Of a DNA stretch of 64,000 nt, positions 18,277 to 27,263 are shown in pieces. Where the stretch lies: IMG/VR virus record IMGVR_UViG_3300028558_000022, positions 26,979 through 90,978 of that record. One strand, 5' to 3'. The position numbers and the translations under genes are program-made. The notes beneath the pieces are model-generated. The model ran no database searches and was not told the origin of the DNA. It was given only the letters and a program-made list of their open reading frames with translations. The stretch's first letter is position 1. Every line of letters begins with the position of its first letter. The stretch is from a virus.

Positions 18277-18768
18277 ATGCGGCGGTTGACATTGAGCAGG
18301 ATCGTTTCCCGGATGAAGAACTACAGACCGGGAACGGTAGAAGAGATTGTCCGGGACTGTGATCTTCCGGTGAAGTTTATAGGATCAGGCGTGTTCCGGG
18401 AAGTGTACAAGATCATCGGTGCGCCCTACGTTGTGAAGATTCCCTATGAGGGAAGCGAAGGGCACGCCGCAACCGAGTACAGGGCATGGAAGCGAATCAA
18501 GACGAAAGAACGCTTCAATGATATTCGGAAGTACCTACCGGAGATCATCCTGTATCAGCGTTCAACCGGGCTTGTGCTGATGCCGTACTACCGGCCAATC
18601 TCAGCACGGCGTTACAACCGGGAAATGGAAGACGTTGACGCGTTTCTCGAAAAGACGTTCGGGATGGGAAGCGCCGACGTGGGGTCTGACAAGTGGGATA
18701 ACTGGGGACTGGACGAAACCGGTCAGCTCAAGCTCATCGACCTCGGATGTATTGAAAACGAAAGCTAG
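18277..18768 (+). CDS. Minimal Ser/Thr protein kinase-like protein
   Basis: IGSGVFREVY Gly loop, VVK lysine, helix C Glu, D...N loop, IDLG. Confidence 0.7.
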   Translation: MRRLTLSRIVSRMKNYRPGTVEEIVRDCDLPVKFIGSGVFREVYKIIGAPYVVKIPYEGSEGHAATEYRAWKRIKTKERFNDIRKYLPEIILYQRSTGLVLMPYYRPISARRYNREMEDVDAFLEKTFGMGSADVGSDKWDNWGLDETGQLKLIDLGCIENES

Positions 18769-19196
18769 TGATGCCGTCAAAGCCACTCAGCCCGAAGGAT
18801 CGGGCGGCGGACAAGAGGCTGAAGTCAAACTATTCGGGATTCGGTCTTCAGCACTTCGCAACTGTATTGAAGTTCCAAAAGGGCGTCTGTGCGATATGCA
18901 GACAGGCGCCGGTCGCCGGTAAAGCTAGATTCTCCGTCGATCACAGGCACAGTGACGGATTGCTTCGCGGTCTCTTGTGCTGGAAGTGCAACAGGGCGAT
19001 AGGCGCCTTTCAACGGTTTCACCCTGACGCGGTTGAGCTATTCCGGGCCGCGTATGAGTACCTCAAGAACCCGCCAATTACAGCCGTATTCGGTACGGAG
19101 TGGCGAACAGCTCCCGGCAAGGTCGGGACAAAGAAGCGAGCGAAGCTCTTGAAACAGATGGAAGCAAATCCAAATAAGGGGATAAATGCAGCGTGA
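18768..19196 (+). CDS. Recombination endonuclease VII
   Basis: QKGVCAIC...VDHRH...RGLLCWKCNRAIG. Confidence 0.88.
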   Translation: MMPSKPLSPKDRAADKRLKSNYSGFGLQHFATVLKFQKGVCAICRQAPVAGKARFSVDHRHSDGLLRGLLCWKCNRAIGAFQRFHPDAVELFRAAYEYLKNPPITAVFGTEWRTAPGKVGTKKRAKLLKQMEANPNKGINAA

Positions 19197-19842
19197 GAGA
19201 AGCGTAAACAAGTCGGCGAAGCGCGGAAGCGTAGCAGCAAATAGGCGTGCGTTCGTCGATATCTTCGGCGACCCTACCGCCCTACCAGAGGCCATACCGG
19301 GCCATTACCAGAACTTCAAAGGTCGCGGCCCTGTCGCGGCAATGAAGAACAACTTTGGAGAGGGTAAGGCCACAAGGAACCCAGCAAGTCCAAACATCAT
19401 CGACTTCTTTTGTGATGTGGATCGCGTCGTCGGTAAAACCCTGACGCAAGATGAGCAAGACAAGCTCCTGTCCCGCTACATATACGAAGACGACGATCAC
19501 GGACTTTCTCAGGCAGAGCAAAACGATATCGAGCAGAGACTTGGCAAAGCGTTCCGGGAAGCCGGAATCAGTCCTGTGACTCGGTACTTCACTGCCATTC
19601 GAGGAGTCTTCGCAATGACCGAGAACCTAAGCACCATCGACCAAGTACAACCCGTAGCGGTTGATAACGACATCATCGTAGATGTTACCCGACAGATGAA
19701 AGAGGAGATCGGAACCGACACGCTCTCCAAAGACGACGAGTTCATGCTTCGTCAGAAGTACGGACTCTCGGCGCCCCAGCTCACGTTGTCGGAACAGAAT
19801 CTCATTCGCAGGGAGGAACGCAATGCAGCCCGCAACCGCTAA
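19186..19842 (+). CDS. Hypothetical protein (possibly two fused genes)
   Basis: Internal GGAG RBS before MTENLS. Confidence 0.55.
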   Translation: MQRERSVNKSAKRGSVAANRRAFVDIFGDPTALPEAIPGHYQNFKGRGPVAAMKNNFGEGKATRNPASPNIIDFFCDVDRVVGKTLTQDEQDKLLSRYIYEDDDHGLSQAEQNDIEQRLGKAFREAGISPVTRYFTAIRGVFAMTENLSTIDQVQPVAVDNDIIVDVTRQMKEEIGTDTLSKDDEFMLRQKYGLSAPQLTLSEQNLIRREERNAARNR

Positions 19843-20347
19843 CGATACTCCCGTCACGCTGAGCACTACTGCCGAAGGTACGCCGAGCATTGCAGTAGAA
19901 ATGCCGGTCGATCCCATGTCGCTGAACTACCGACGCGAGCAACGTATCCGTAAGGTTCCGTTCCGGTCGGCAGAAAAAGGCCCGATCCGGTACCAACGGT
20001 TGCCGGTCTGCCATCACAAGTTTGTGCCCGGCGCCGAGCCGCGTCACCGTAACTGCGAATCGTGTTGGTTCGCGTTCTTCCAGATTCACGGCGAGATCGT
20101 ACAGGCCGCCGATGAGGTTCACAGCAAGTACGGAATCTCTGGCCTTGCTCAGCTCAGAGGCCCGAAGTTCGCACAGAACTTTACGAAGTTCATGGCAACC
20201 GTAGCCGTCTGGAAGAAGGCAATGGAAGAGGCAAAGGAAAAGAATGACACAACCCAAGAATCCGCTGGCGATGCTGGCGGAAGCGGCGGGGATGCCGCAG
20301 TCGAACCCCAAAGCGGAGAACTCTCCGGCCCCGAAGCCGTCCAGTAA
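19823..20347 (+). CDS. Hypothetical protein with a Cys/His cluster
   Basis: CHHKF...CESCW. Confidence 0.55.
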   Translation: MQPATANDTPVTLSTTAEGTPSIAVEMPVDPMSLNYRREQRIRKVPFRSAEKGPIRYQRLPVCHHKFVPGAEPRHRNCESCWFAFFQIHGEIVQAADEVHSKYGISGLAQLRGPKFAQNFTKFMATVAVWKKAMEEAKEKNDTTQESAGDAGGSGGDAAVEPQSGELSGPEAVQ

Positions 20348-21368
20348 GGACGACAAGCTCAAGGCGCTTGAGGCTGTAGCCAAAAAGCTGAACGCACAGT
20401 TCAGCACTACGAACAGTCTCATTCGCCTTGGGAGCAAGGCCGCAGCGGTCGTACCGCACATCTCTACCGATATCCCATCACTCGACAACGAAGTGCTGGG
20501 AGTTGGTGGAATCCCGAAGGGCCGAATCATTGAGATATACGGCCCGGAGTCAGCCGGTAAAACGACGGTCACACTTGAGATCATCGCGGCTGAACAACGA
20601 CACGGCGAACTATGCGCGTTCGTTGACGCGGAACACGCTCTCGACCCCAGCTATGCAAAGAAGCTCGGGGTAAACACCGATGAGTTGCTTGTATCCCAGC
20701 CGGACTCCGGCGAACAGGCACTCGAAACCACGATTGCCCTTGTCGAGTCCAGAGCTGTGTCGATTGTCGTTGTGGACTCGGTAGCAGCTCTCGTACCTCA
20801 GGCCGAACTCGACGGCGAGATGGGCGATCAGCACATGGGCCTACAGGCTCGCTTGATGTCTCAGGCGATGCGAAAGCTCCGTGGCATTTGCTCGATCAAC
20901 GGCGTGACGGTGATCTTCATTAACCAGATACGCGAGAAGATCGGCGTCATGTTCGGCAGCCCGGAGACAACAACGGGCGGACGTGCTCTCAAGTTCTACT
21001 CAAGCGTTCGTTTGGACGTTCGTCGCATCGGCGGAGACGCCGGGAAGATCAAGAGCGGAGACGTGCTGGTCGGTCACAAGATGAAGATCAAGGCCGTCAA
21101 GAACAAGGTTGCTGCCCCATTCCGTGAGACGGAAGTTGACGTTATCTACGGTAAGGGCATTGACCGGTTCGCGGATATGATCCGGTACGCGGCTGACGTG
21201 GGAGCGATCCAGAAGAGCGGATCATGGTTGAGCTTCAACGGGGAAAAGCTGGGACAGGGTGCGGACAACGCTATCGCTGTTCTGCGGTCATTGCCGGAGC
21301 TTGTCGAGAAGATCAGGGCCGAAGTTGCAAAGGCAGTACAGGCCCAGCGAGAGGCGGACGCTCAGTGA
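20244..21368 (+). CDS. recA: Recombinase RecA (phage-encoded)
   Basis: GPESAGKTT, DAEHALDP, DSVAALVP, QARLMSQAMRK, GGRALKFYSSVR, KNKVAAPF. Confidence 0.97.
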   Translation: MTQPKNPLAMLAEAAGMPQSNPKAENSPAPKPSSKDDKLKALEAVAKKLNAQFSTTNSLIRLGSKAAAVVPHISTDIPSLDNEVLGVGGIPKGRIIEIYGPESAGKTTVTLEIIAAEQRHGELCAFVDAEHALDPSYAKKLGVNTDELLVSQPDSGEQALETTIALVESRAVSIVVVDSVAALVPQAELDGEMGDQHMGLQARLMSQAMRKLRGICSINGVTVIFINQIREKIGVMFGSPETTTGGRALKFYSSVRLDVRRIGGDAGKIKSGDVLVGHKMKIKAVKNKVAAPFRETEVDVIYGKGIDRFADMIRYAADVGAIQKSGSWLSFNGEKLGQGADNAIAVLRSLPELVEKIRAEVAKAVQAQREADAQ

Positions 21369-21550
21369 GACATCGCGTGATCCGTAATCGCTGTAAATGC
21401 AAACAGTGTGGCGACGTAATCGAGTCAAAGGGTAGCCATGACTTCGTTCAATGCTCATGTGGAGCCATCTTCACGGACGGCGGAACCGATTACGTCCGCC
21501 GTGGCGGAGTCCTTGGAGCGATTGAGGACATGAGTGAGTTTGAGGACTAA
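21365..21550 (+). CDS. Small zinc-finger phage protein
   Basis: CKQCGDVIES...CSCGAIFTDGG. Confidence 0.7.
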   Translation: MRHRVIRNRCKCKQCGDVIESKGSHDFVQCSCGAIFTDGGTDYVRRGGVLGAIEDMSEFED

Positions 21551-21553
21551 GCT

Positions 21554-22495
21554 ATGCCCGGATTCAAAGCAAAGACCATCAAGTCCGTGATCTCGAAGAA
21601 GATCAACAAATGGCTTGACACAATCGAAGACGCGGACCTTCGTAAACAGGTTGAGAAAAACGTGATCGTCACTGGAGGCTGCATCGTCTCGATGCTTCTC
21701 GGCGAACCGGTCAACGACTTCGACGTTTACTTCCGCGATCATGACACAACCGTTGCCGTGGCGAAATACTACGTCAGCCGGTTCAAGCACAAGACCACTG
21801 TTGACTTCAAACTCGTCGTCACGGACATTGACGGTCGCGTAAGGGTCCGGGCGCAGTCTGCCGGTGTTGCAAGCGAAGAGACGCCGACCGGAGAGTACAA
21901 ATACTTCGAGAGCCAACCGGAAGAGGAGTCTGCGGACTACATCTCGAAGGTGATGGACAACCCTCAAGAGATCGAGGACACGCACGAAGACACTCAGATC
22001 GAGGTCGCGAAGAACCCAGAAGAGGGTAAGTACCGCCCGGTGTTCCTGAGTAGCAACGCGATCACGCTGAGCGACAAGATTCAAATCGTGCTCCGCTTCT
22101 ACGGCGAGCCGGATGCGATCCACGAAAACTACGACTTCGTACACTGTACGTCGTACTGGCAGAGTTGGGATGGCGGCAAGCTCGTACTTCGCCAAGAGGC
22201 GTTAGAGAGCTGCCTGTCAAAGGAACTGAAGTACGTCGGCAGCAAGTACCCGGTGTGCTCGATTGTCCGGCTTCGCAAGTTCATCAATCGCGGCTGGCGC
22301 ATCAACGCCGGTCAGATTCTCAAGATGTGTATGCAGATCAGTGAACTCGATCTCACGAATGTGGAAGTTCTTGAGGATCAGCTAACAGGCGTTGACACAG
22401 CGTACTTCCTTGAGGTCATCGCCAAGCTGAAAGAAAAAGACCCGGAGAAGGTCAACACGGGTTATCTGGTCGAAATTATTGATCGAATGTTCTGA
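21554..22495 (+). CDS. Nucleotidyltransferase-fold protein (CCA/poly(A) polymerase head-like)
   Basis: VTGGCIVSMLLGEPVNDFDVYF (GG...DxD), YDFVHC. Confidence 0.6.
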   Translation: MPGFKAKTIKSVISKKINKWLDTIEDADLRKQVEKNVIVTGGCIVSMLLGEPVNDFDVYFRDHDTTVAVAKYYVSRFKHKTTVDFKLVVTDIDGRVRVRAQSAGVASEETPTGEYKYFESQPEEESADYISKVMDNPQEIEDTHEDTQIEVAKNPEEGKYRPVFLSSNAITLSDKIQIVLRFYGEPDAIHENYDFVHCTSYWQSWDGGKLVLRQEALESCLSKELKYVGSKYPVCSIVRLRKFINRGWRINAGQILKMCMQISELDLTNVEVLEDQLTGVDTAYFLEVIAKLKEKDPEKVNTGYLVEIIDRMF

Positions 22496-22502
22496 GGTAA
22501 AT

Positions 22503-23042
22503 ATGGGGATTATCGAACGTATTCTGTGCAAGCTGTTTCCGTACACGGACATCATGCGGGACGACACGAACGACATTTATCTTCGTCGTTGGTTCATCTA
22601 TCCGAGACACAAAGAGTTCAAGAAACTCGAACCTCGAATCTATCTCCACAAGTTCTACCGTGGCGATGAAGACCCGCACTTGCATGACCATCCTTGGCCG
22701 TTTACTAGTCTCATCCTCACTCAGGGCTACTGGGAAGAGACGTTCGACGAGGACGGCGAGAAGGGTACGGGCGAATTTCCCTGCTACGTGACCGGCCCGG
22801 ATGGGTCTCACCGAATGCAGCAATTCTACAAACGATTCAGTATTCTCAGGCGCCCGGCGACGTGGAAGCATCGCGTCATTCTCGACAACAACAAGCCGGT
22901 CTGGACAATCGTCCGTACTGGCGTCAAGGAACGGAGCTGGGGATTCTGGGTCAACAATGCACTGTGCCCGTGGCGCAACTACAGTAAAGGCGTCTGCTGG
23001 TGCGAAAACGAAGGAAAGTCTAACCCGGATGTGGAGGAATAG
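22503..23042 (+). CDS. Second cupin-like protein
   Basis: YLHKF...HDHPWPF...GYWE...HRV. Confidence 0.7.
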   Translation: MGIIERILCKLFPYTDIMRDDTNDIYLRRWFIYPRHKEFKKLEPRIYLHKFYRGDEDPHLHDHPWPFTSLILTQGYWEETFDEDGEKGTGEFPCYVTGPDGSHRMQQFYKRFSILRRPATWKHRVILDNNKPVWTIVRTGVKERSWGFWVNNALCPWRNYSKGVCWCENEGKSNPDVEE

Positions 23043-23044
23043 CG

Positions 23045-23392
23045 ATGGCTGAGCTGGTGACAAAGCAAAAGAGGAAGTTCGACAACCGTAACAATAAGGC
23101 CAACCCGAAGGGTAACAAACCCTTCAAGAAAAAGAAGGGTAAGAAGAAAGCCCTGCCCCGTCGTAAGCGTGGCGAACCGGCGTTCCTCTACTACTGCACC
23201 TGTCACGAGGACACGCGTGCCGTCAAGCTCCCGTGTGAGCGGAAGCCTGAAGATATGGCTGAGAACAAGTTCAGCGAGTCCACGCTCGGCACATGGCGCT
23301 GTGCCATCACGAACCGGAAGTGCAAGGTTCGTCGCGTCAAGAACGTGATCGAACAGGCCCCGGCTGCGATTGAAGAACAGGTAGCAGCGTGA
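23045..23392 (+). CDS. Basic hypothetical protein
   Basis: Lys-rich N-terminus and Cys cluster. Confidence 0.55.
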   Translation: MAELVTKQKRKFDNRNNKANPKGNKPFKKKKGKKKALPRRKRGEPAFLYYCTCHEDTRAVKLPCERKPEDMAENKFSESTLGTWRCAITNRKCKVRRVKNVIEQAPAAIEEQVAA

Positions 23393-23539
23393 CGCTTAAC
23401 CCAAAACTCTTGCCAGTCATCATGATCGTCATTGATGTACTGGCAAGTCTGGTCTATTTGTACAACCGCGATTGGAGACACGGCTTGTATTGGCTCTTCG
23501 CGGCTGCTTTGACCGCCTGTGTCACTTACTAGAGGAAAC

Positions 23540-23890
23540 GTGGAAGTATTCACATTAAACGACTATCAGCGGGCAGCAATAGCCACCGCTGAGTACCCGG
23601 ATCGCGGAAAGAACATGATCTACCCTTCTCTAAAGCTCAACGGAGAAGCCGGTGAGATCGCAGAGAAGATCGGAAAGCATTGGCGCAATGAAGGGATCAC
23701 TGACCCTAACAAATTGAACGCCGAACAGAAGCTCGAACTGGTCAAAGAGATGGGCGATGTGCTTTGGTATCTCGCGGCACTTGCCGATGAACTGAACGTC
23801 GATCTCAGCTATGTTGCTCGGAAGAACATCGAGAAGCTCCGGGACCGTAAGGCTCGCGGCGTCATCAAGTCTGAAGGCGACAACCGATAA
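23540..23890 (+). CDS. MazG-like NTP pyrophosphohydrolase
   Basis: LNDYQ, GEAGEIAEK, KEMGDVLWYLA, NIEKL. Confidence 0.9.
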   Translation: MEVFTLNDYQRAAIATAEYPDRGKNMIYPSLKLNGEAGEIAEKIGKHWRNEGITDPNKLNAEQKLELVKEMGDVLWYLAALADELNVDLSYVARKNIEKLRDRKARGVIKSEGDNR

Positions 23891-23948
23891 GCTCTTGTCA
23901 ATCATAAACTGACCCTCTTATACTTCTGGTATAGGAGGGTTTTTAGTT

Positions 23949-24170
23949 TTGCAGATAGAGAAATTCGTTCAAGAGCTTGACGCCGAAATCGAAAAGCTCA
24001 CTCGCTTAAAGAGCCTTGCGCTGGAAGTCAACCCCACAAGTCCGAAAGTATCGCGTTCCCCTCGCGGTCCTTACAAAAAGAAAAAGCGCGTCATGTCCCC
24101 AGAAGCGCGAGCAAAAATCTCAAAAGCAGTTAAGGCAAGATGGGCCGGGTTGAAAAAAAAAGCCGCATAA
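23949..24170 (+). CDS. Small basic protein (MSxEARAKI...ARWA family), probably with its own promoter
   Basis: KKRVMSPEARAKISKAVKARWA; upstream TTGTCA...TATACT and GGAGG. Confidence 0.65.
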   Translation: MQIEKFVQELDAEIEKLTRLKSLALEVNPTSPKVSRSPRGPYKKKKRVMSPEARAKISKAVKARWAGLKKKAA

Positions 24171-24171
24171 A

Positions 24172-24217
24172 CGAAGAAAGACGGCCCACCCTCGAATGAA
24201 GGTGGGCCGATTCGTTT
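24172..24217. terminator. Terminator between the convergent genome arms
   Basis: CGGCCCACC-loop-GGTGGGCCG hairpin. Confidence 0.7.
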
Positions 24218-25865
24218 ATGAGCCGCAAGTTCCGCCGCGCGTAATATCGCAGATGTCCATAGCCTCTACGAAAATCTTACCCTCGTGCTTGATCGCGGTT
24301 GTGTATTTGACCGGCGTGAGGGGTTGTCCGCCTCTGGCGCCGTCTGGGTAGCAAGTGATTCCCCGAAGTCGCGGGAGGTACTTGATGAGCATCTTCCCAA
24401 ACTCTTTGACACCCTCTTCGTTGTTCAGCTCTGAACCCCACTCGGGAATGTTGAGCGTCGAGCTGATCGCATGATCCACGTACTGTTGTAGCCATGCTTG
24501 GAACGCTACACGACGTTCGGGTTCCTTCGCGAGAGAGTACGCGTCTTCTACGGCGTCCGGGTGAACGCCTGACTCGATCAGTCGCTTGGCGGCGGGATCG
24601 ATCACGTACTGGTAACTCCAGACCTTACCGTCAAGGTACCGGCGCTTGTAGGCGACGCAGAACACCGGCTCAATGCCGGTCGTAGTCTCTCCCACAATGC
24701 CAATCGTTCCGGTCGGAGCAATCGCGCGAGTCTTGATGGGTCGGGAGATTCCCCACTCATCAGCCTTGGCCGCCGCGATCTCCGTACTGGTGGCGTAGAC
24801 TTCCATGTACTTTGCCAGCTCGTCACTCGGTCCGTACTTCTGACCGCGTTTGAGCATCCACTCATGGAGCCCCATCAAGCCGAGACCAAGGCGCCGATTC
24901 TTCGTTCTGATCTCATCGACCTTCGCGAAAGGAATATCGCTGTAGATCGTCCCAGCCAACAGGAACCATGTGCCGTACTTGACGACATGGAGCATCTCGG
25001 ATAGCGTTTCTATCCGGGCCATGTTGACGCTGCCTAAATTGCAGATGTCAGAATCATCGCGGCTGGTGACTTCTGTACAAGCGTTGCGGAGATTCTCCCC
25101 GGCATTCTCCGCAACATCTACGGAGAAACCCGGCTCAGCGGATTCGAGCATGTGGCGTACTGTGTCCCAATAGACCTTGTACGCTTGTTTGTGAAGTGGG
25201 TGTTTGTCGTGATGGTACGCCTTGAAGAACTCATCATCGAGTTCTACGGAAATGTTTGTACCATCCATCGGCGCCGGGAAGTTGAAGTCTTTTTCCTTCA
25301 GCGCCCGAACCTCTGGGGTCCAGTCTTTGAGGGTGATGAATTTGAAGATGTCAGGATGTGCCCAGTTCAGCCCGGCCCAAATTGCGGATCGGCGGGAGCC
25401 GCCTTGCATGATTCCGCGCCCGCACTCATTCGTCATTTGCATGAGAGCGATGGGACCGGTTGCTTTGCCGCCTGTTCTGCGGATCGGGGCGCCTTCCGGT
25501 CGGACGAGACTGTAATCAATTCCAATCCCGGCGCCGGTCATGAGAGCCATTGCACATTTCTGTAGATGGTCTGCCCAGCCTTCGCGACTATCTTCGACGC
25601 GCATGAGTAGGCAGTTCTGAACCTGATGGAAGGGTCTACCAGAGGCGTACAGGTATCGGCCACCGGGGATGAATTTGCGTTCTGCGATTAGTCTTGCTGT
25701 TTCTTTGATTTGATCTTCGGGTGCGCCCACTGCTGACAGGACTGCACGGGCTACACGATTGGCAACCTCTTCCCACGTTTCTTTTGTTCCATCTTGTTTT
25801 TCGTGGGAATACTTATTCTGCATGATCGCCGATGCAAAGGCGCTCATGTCCGAGCCATGATTCAC
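24216..25865 (-). CDS. nrdJ: Class II (B12-dependent) ribonucleotide reductase
   Basis: PGGRYL, NC, NACTE, CNLGSVN, APTGT, AISST and C-terminal CxxxxxxC; no NrdB gene. Confidence 0.88.
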   Translation of the reverse strand: MNHGSDMSAFASAIMQNKYSHEKQDGTKETWEEVANRVARAVLSAVGAPEDQIKETARLIAERKFIPGGRYLYASGRPFHQVQNCLLMRVEDSREGWADHLQKCAMALMTGAGIGIDYSLVRPEGAPIRRTGGKATGPIALMQMTNECGRGIMQGGSRRSAIWAGLNWAHPDIFKFITLKDWTPEVRALKEKDFNFPAPMDGTNISVELDDEFFKAYHHDKHPLHKQAYKVYWDTVRHMLESAEPGFSVDVAENAGENLRNACTEVTSRDDSDICNLGSVNMARIETLSEMLHVVKYGTWFLLAGTIYSDIPFAKVDEIRTKNRRLGLGLMGLHEWMLKRGQKYGPSDELAKYMEVYATSTEIAAAKADEWGISRPIKTRAIAPTGTIGIVGETTTGIEPVFCVAYKRRYLDGKVWSYQYVIDPAAKRLIESGVHPDAVEDAYSLAKEPERRVAFQAWLQQYVDHAISSTLNIPEWGSELNNEEGVKEFGKMLIKYLPRLRGITCYPDGARGGQPLTPVKYTTAIKHEGKIFVEAMDICDITRGGTCGS

Positions 25866-25935
25866 TTAGATTGTCTCCTCAGACAAAACGAGCGCCCCCG
25901 AAGGGGCGCGAGGTACTACGTAAAGGTGGTAGGGG

Positions 25936-26700
25936 TTAGAAGTGGAGAAGTAGGTATACAGCTCCCCCGGCGCCCAGTGCTAGGCCACGGAGAAACCAAT
26001 TGCGCTTGCTTTTGTTGTCTGCTGCCTTCTGAGCGGCGAGCTGGGTCTTGCATACTTTCTCGTCGTCAGTGACGGTGAGTTTGAGACCGGCGATTTGTTG
26101 CTTCTGCCCGTCGATCACATTGTTCGCACCGGTAAGCTCTTGTTGAGTGTTCGCGGCGACGGTCGTTTCGTCTTTAAGGTTCGCCTCAAGCACGGGAACC
26201 TGTTCGAGCTTCTGAACCGTAGCGCGGGCCGCCGTATCCGATACGGTGATGCCGTTTGATGTTGCTGTCAGCTCGGACTTGTCTACTCCGGCAAGCTCGG
26301 CCCAATGAGCACCGAGATCAGGGAGAGGCATCGTCTTATCGGCTGCCTGTTGCTGTTGAAGGACAATGGTTCGGTTCGCCATTGAAGCGGCAAGCCGGGC
26401 GTTCTCTGACGCCATCTCCGAAACCAAAGCCTGATATTGAGAGCTGAGCTGGGCGACCTGTGCGGCCATTGCCGCATCCTTCGCCTGTTGCTCTTTGAGT
26501 TGCTGTACCGCTATCGCGGCGGATTGGCTGGTGGCGGCGGCCCGTGTATCTAGCCAACGGTTGCCAAACCACGTCCCAGCTAAGAGCACGAGGAAGACGA
26601 TAACAATTCGCTCATGCTTTTGGAGCCAGCTTAGCGACTTTGTTACGTCTGCCTTGGCTGCGCTTTCCAGCGCGGTTAGAGGGTTGTTGCTTGTTCCCAT
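25936..26700 (-). CDS. Membrane-anchored coiled-coil protein, spanin-like
   Basis: N-terminal TM, Ala/Gln coiled coil, C-terminal hydrophobic segment. Confidence 0.5.
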   Translation of the reverse strand: MGTSNNPLTALESAAKADVTKSLSWLQKHERIVIVFLVLLAGTWFGNRWLDTRAAATSQSAAIAVQQLKEQQAKDAAMAAQVAQLSSQYQALVSEMASENARLAASMANRTIVLQQQQAADKTMPLPDLGAHWAELAGVDKSELTATSNGITVSDTAARATVQKLEQVPVLEANLKDETTVAANTQQELTGANNVIDGQKQQIAGLKLTVTDDEKVCKTQLAAQKAADNKSKRNWFLRGLALGAGGAVYLLLHF

Positions 26701-26741
26701 CTTTGCCTTTCCCGAAGACGTACTCTTCGAGCAAGTTCTTG

Positions 26742-27245
26742 TCAGCTCCGGGGAGCTTCTTGATTACTGCTACCTTCGGTTGATTTCGCATTCTTGACCC
26801 TCTCAGCGACCCATGCGCTCAGCTCGTCGGCAACCTTGCCGTATACGCCCGGCGCCCGGTCGTCAATGAGATTCCCATTCGCTTGTGCGTCGAGAAGTAT
26901 TCCGAGACAGGCCCGTGCATGGGCTAGGTGATGTACACCGGAGTCCTTTGCCTTCTCTTCCTTCTCTGACCATGCAGAGATGTGGCGAAGGGCCGCGTCG
27001 ATATAAATTCGAGCGACAACGTGCTTTTCGCGCCAATTGCGGAAACCGTACTTGAGATCGCCGTCCAGCATTGCACAAGATTCGTGCGCCATTGCCACCG
27101 GGCAAACCTGCCCTAGTGGGACTTTCTTGATTCCGAGCAAGTCCTTGGGATTCGTTCCCGTTGCCTTGGACGTTGCTCCCGTAGCGGTTCGGGAGAGATT
27201 TGAACCGTGCTCTTTCTCCCAAGCCGTTCCATCTGCTAAACTCAT
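26742..27245 (-). CDS. dATP/dGTP diphosphohydrolase-domain protein (DUF5664)
   Basis: NPKD...KYGFRNWR...YIDAALRH...DSGVHHLAHA. Confidence 0.85.
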   Translation of the reverse strand: MSLADGTAWEKEHGSNLSRTATGATSKATGTNPKDLLGIKKVPLGQVCPVAMAHESCAMLDGDLKYGFRNWREKHVVARIYIDAALRHISAWSEKEEKAKDSGVHHLAHARACLGILLDAQANGNLIDDRAPGVYGKVADELSAWVAERVKNAKSTEGSSNQEAPRS

Positions 27246-27263
27246 TCTCCTCCTGCTCTTGGA

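Noticed and set aside
26283-26572. Embedded o-spanin (Rz1) in the spanin-like gene
   Set aside because: The alternative-frame ORFs lack a signal peptide and lipobox
26742-27245. Z-base or 7-deazaguanine genome
   Set aside because: DUF5664 alone is not enough; purZ, dpdA, queC/D/E and folE are not seen in this window
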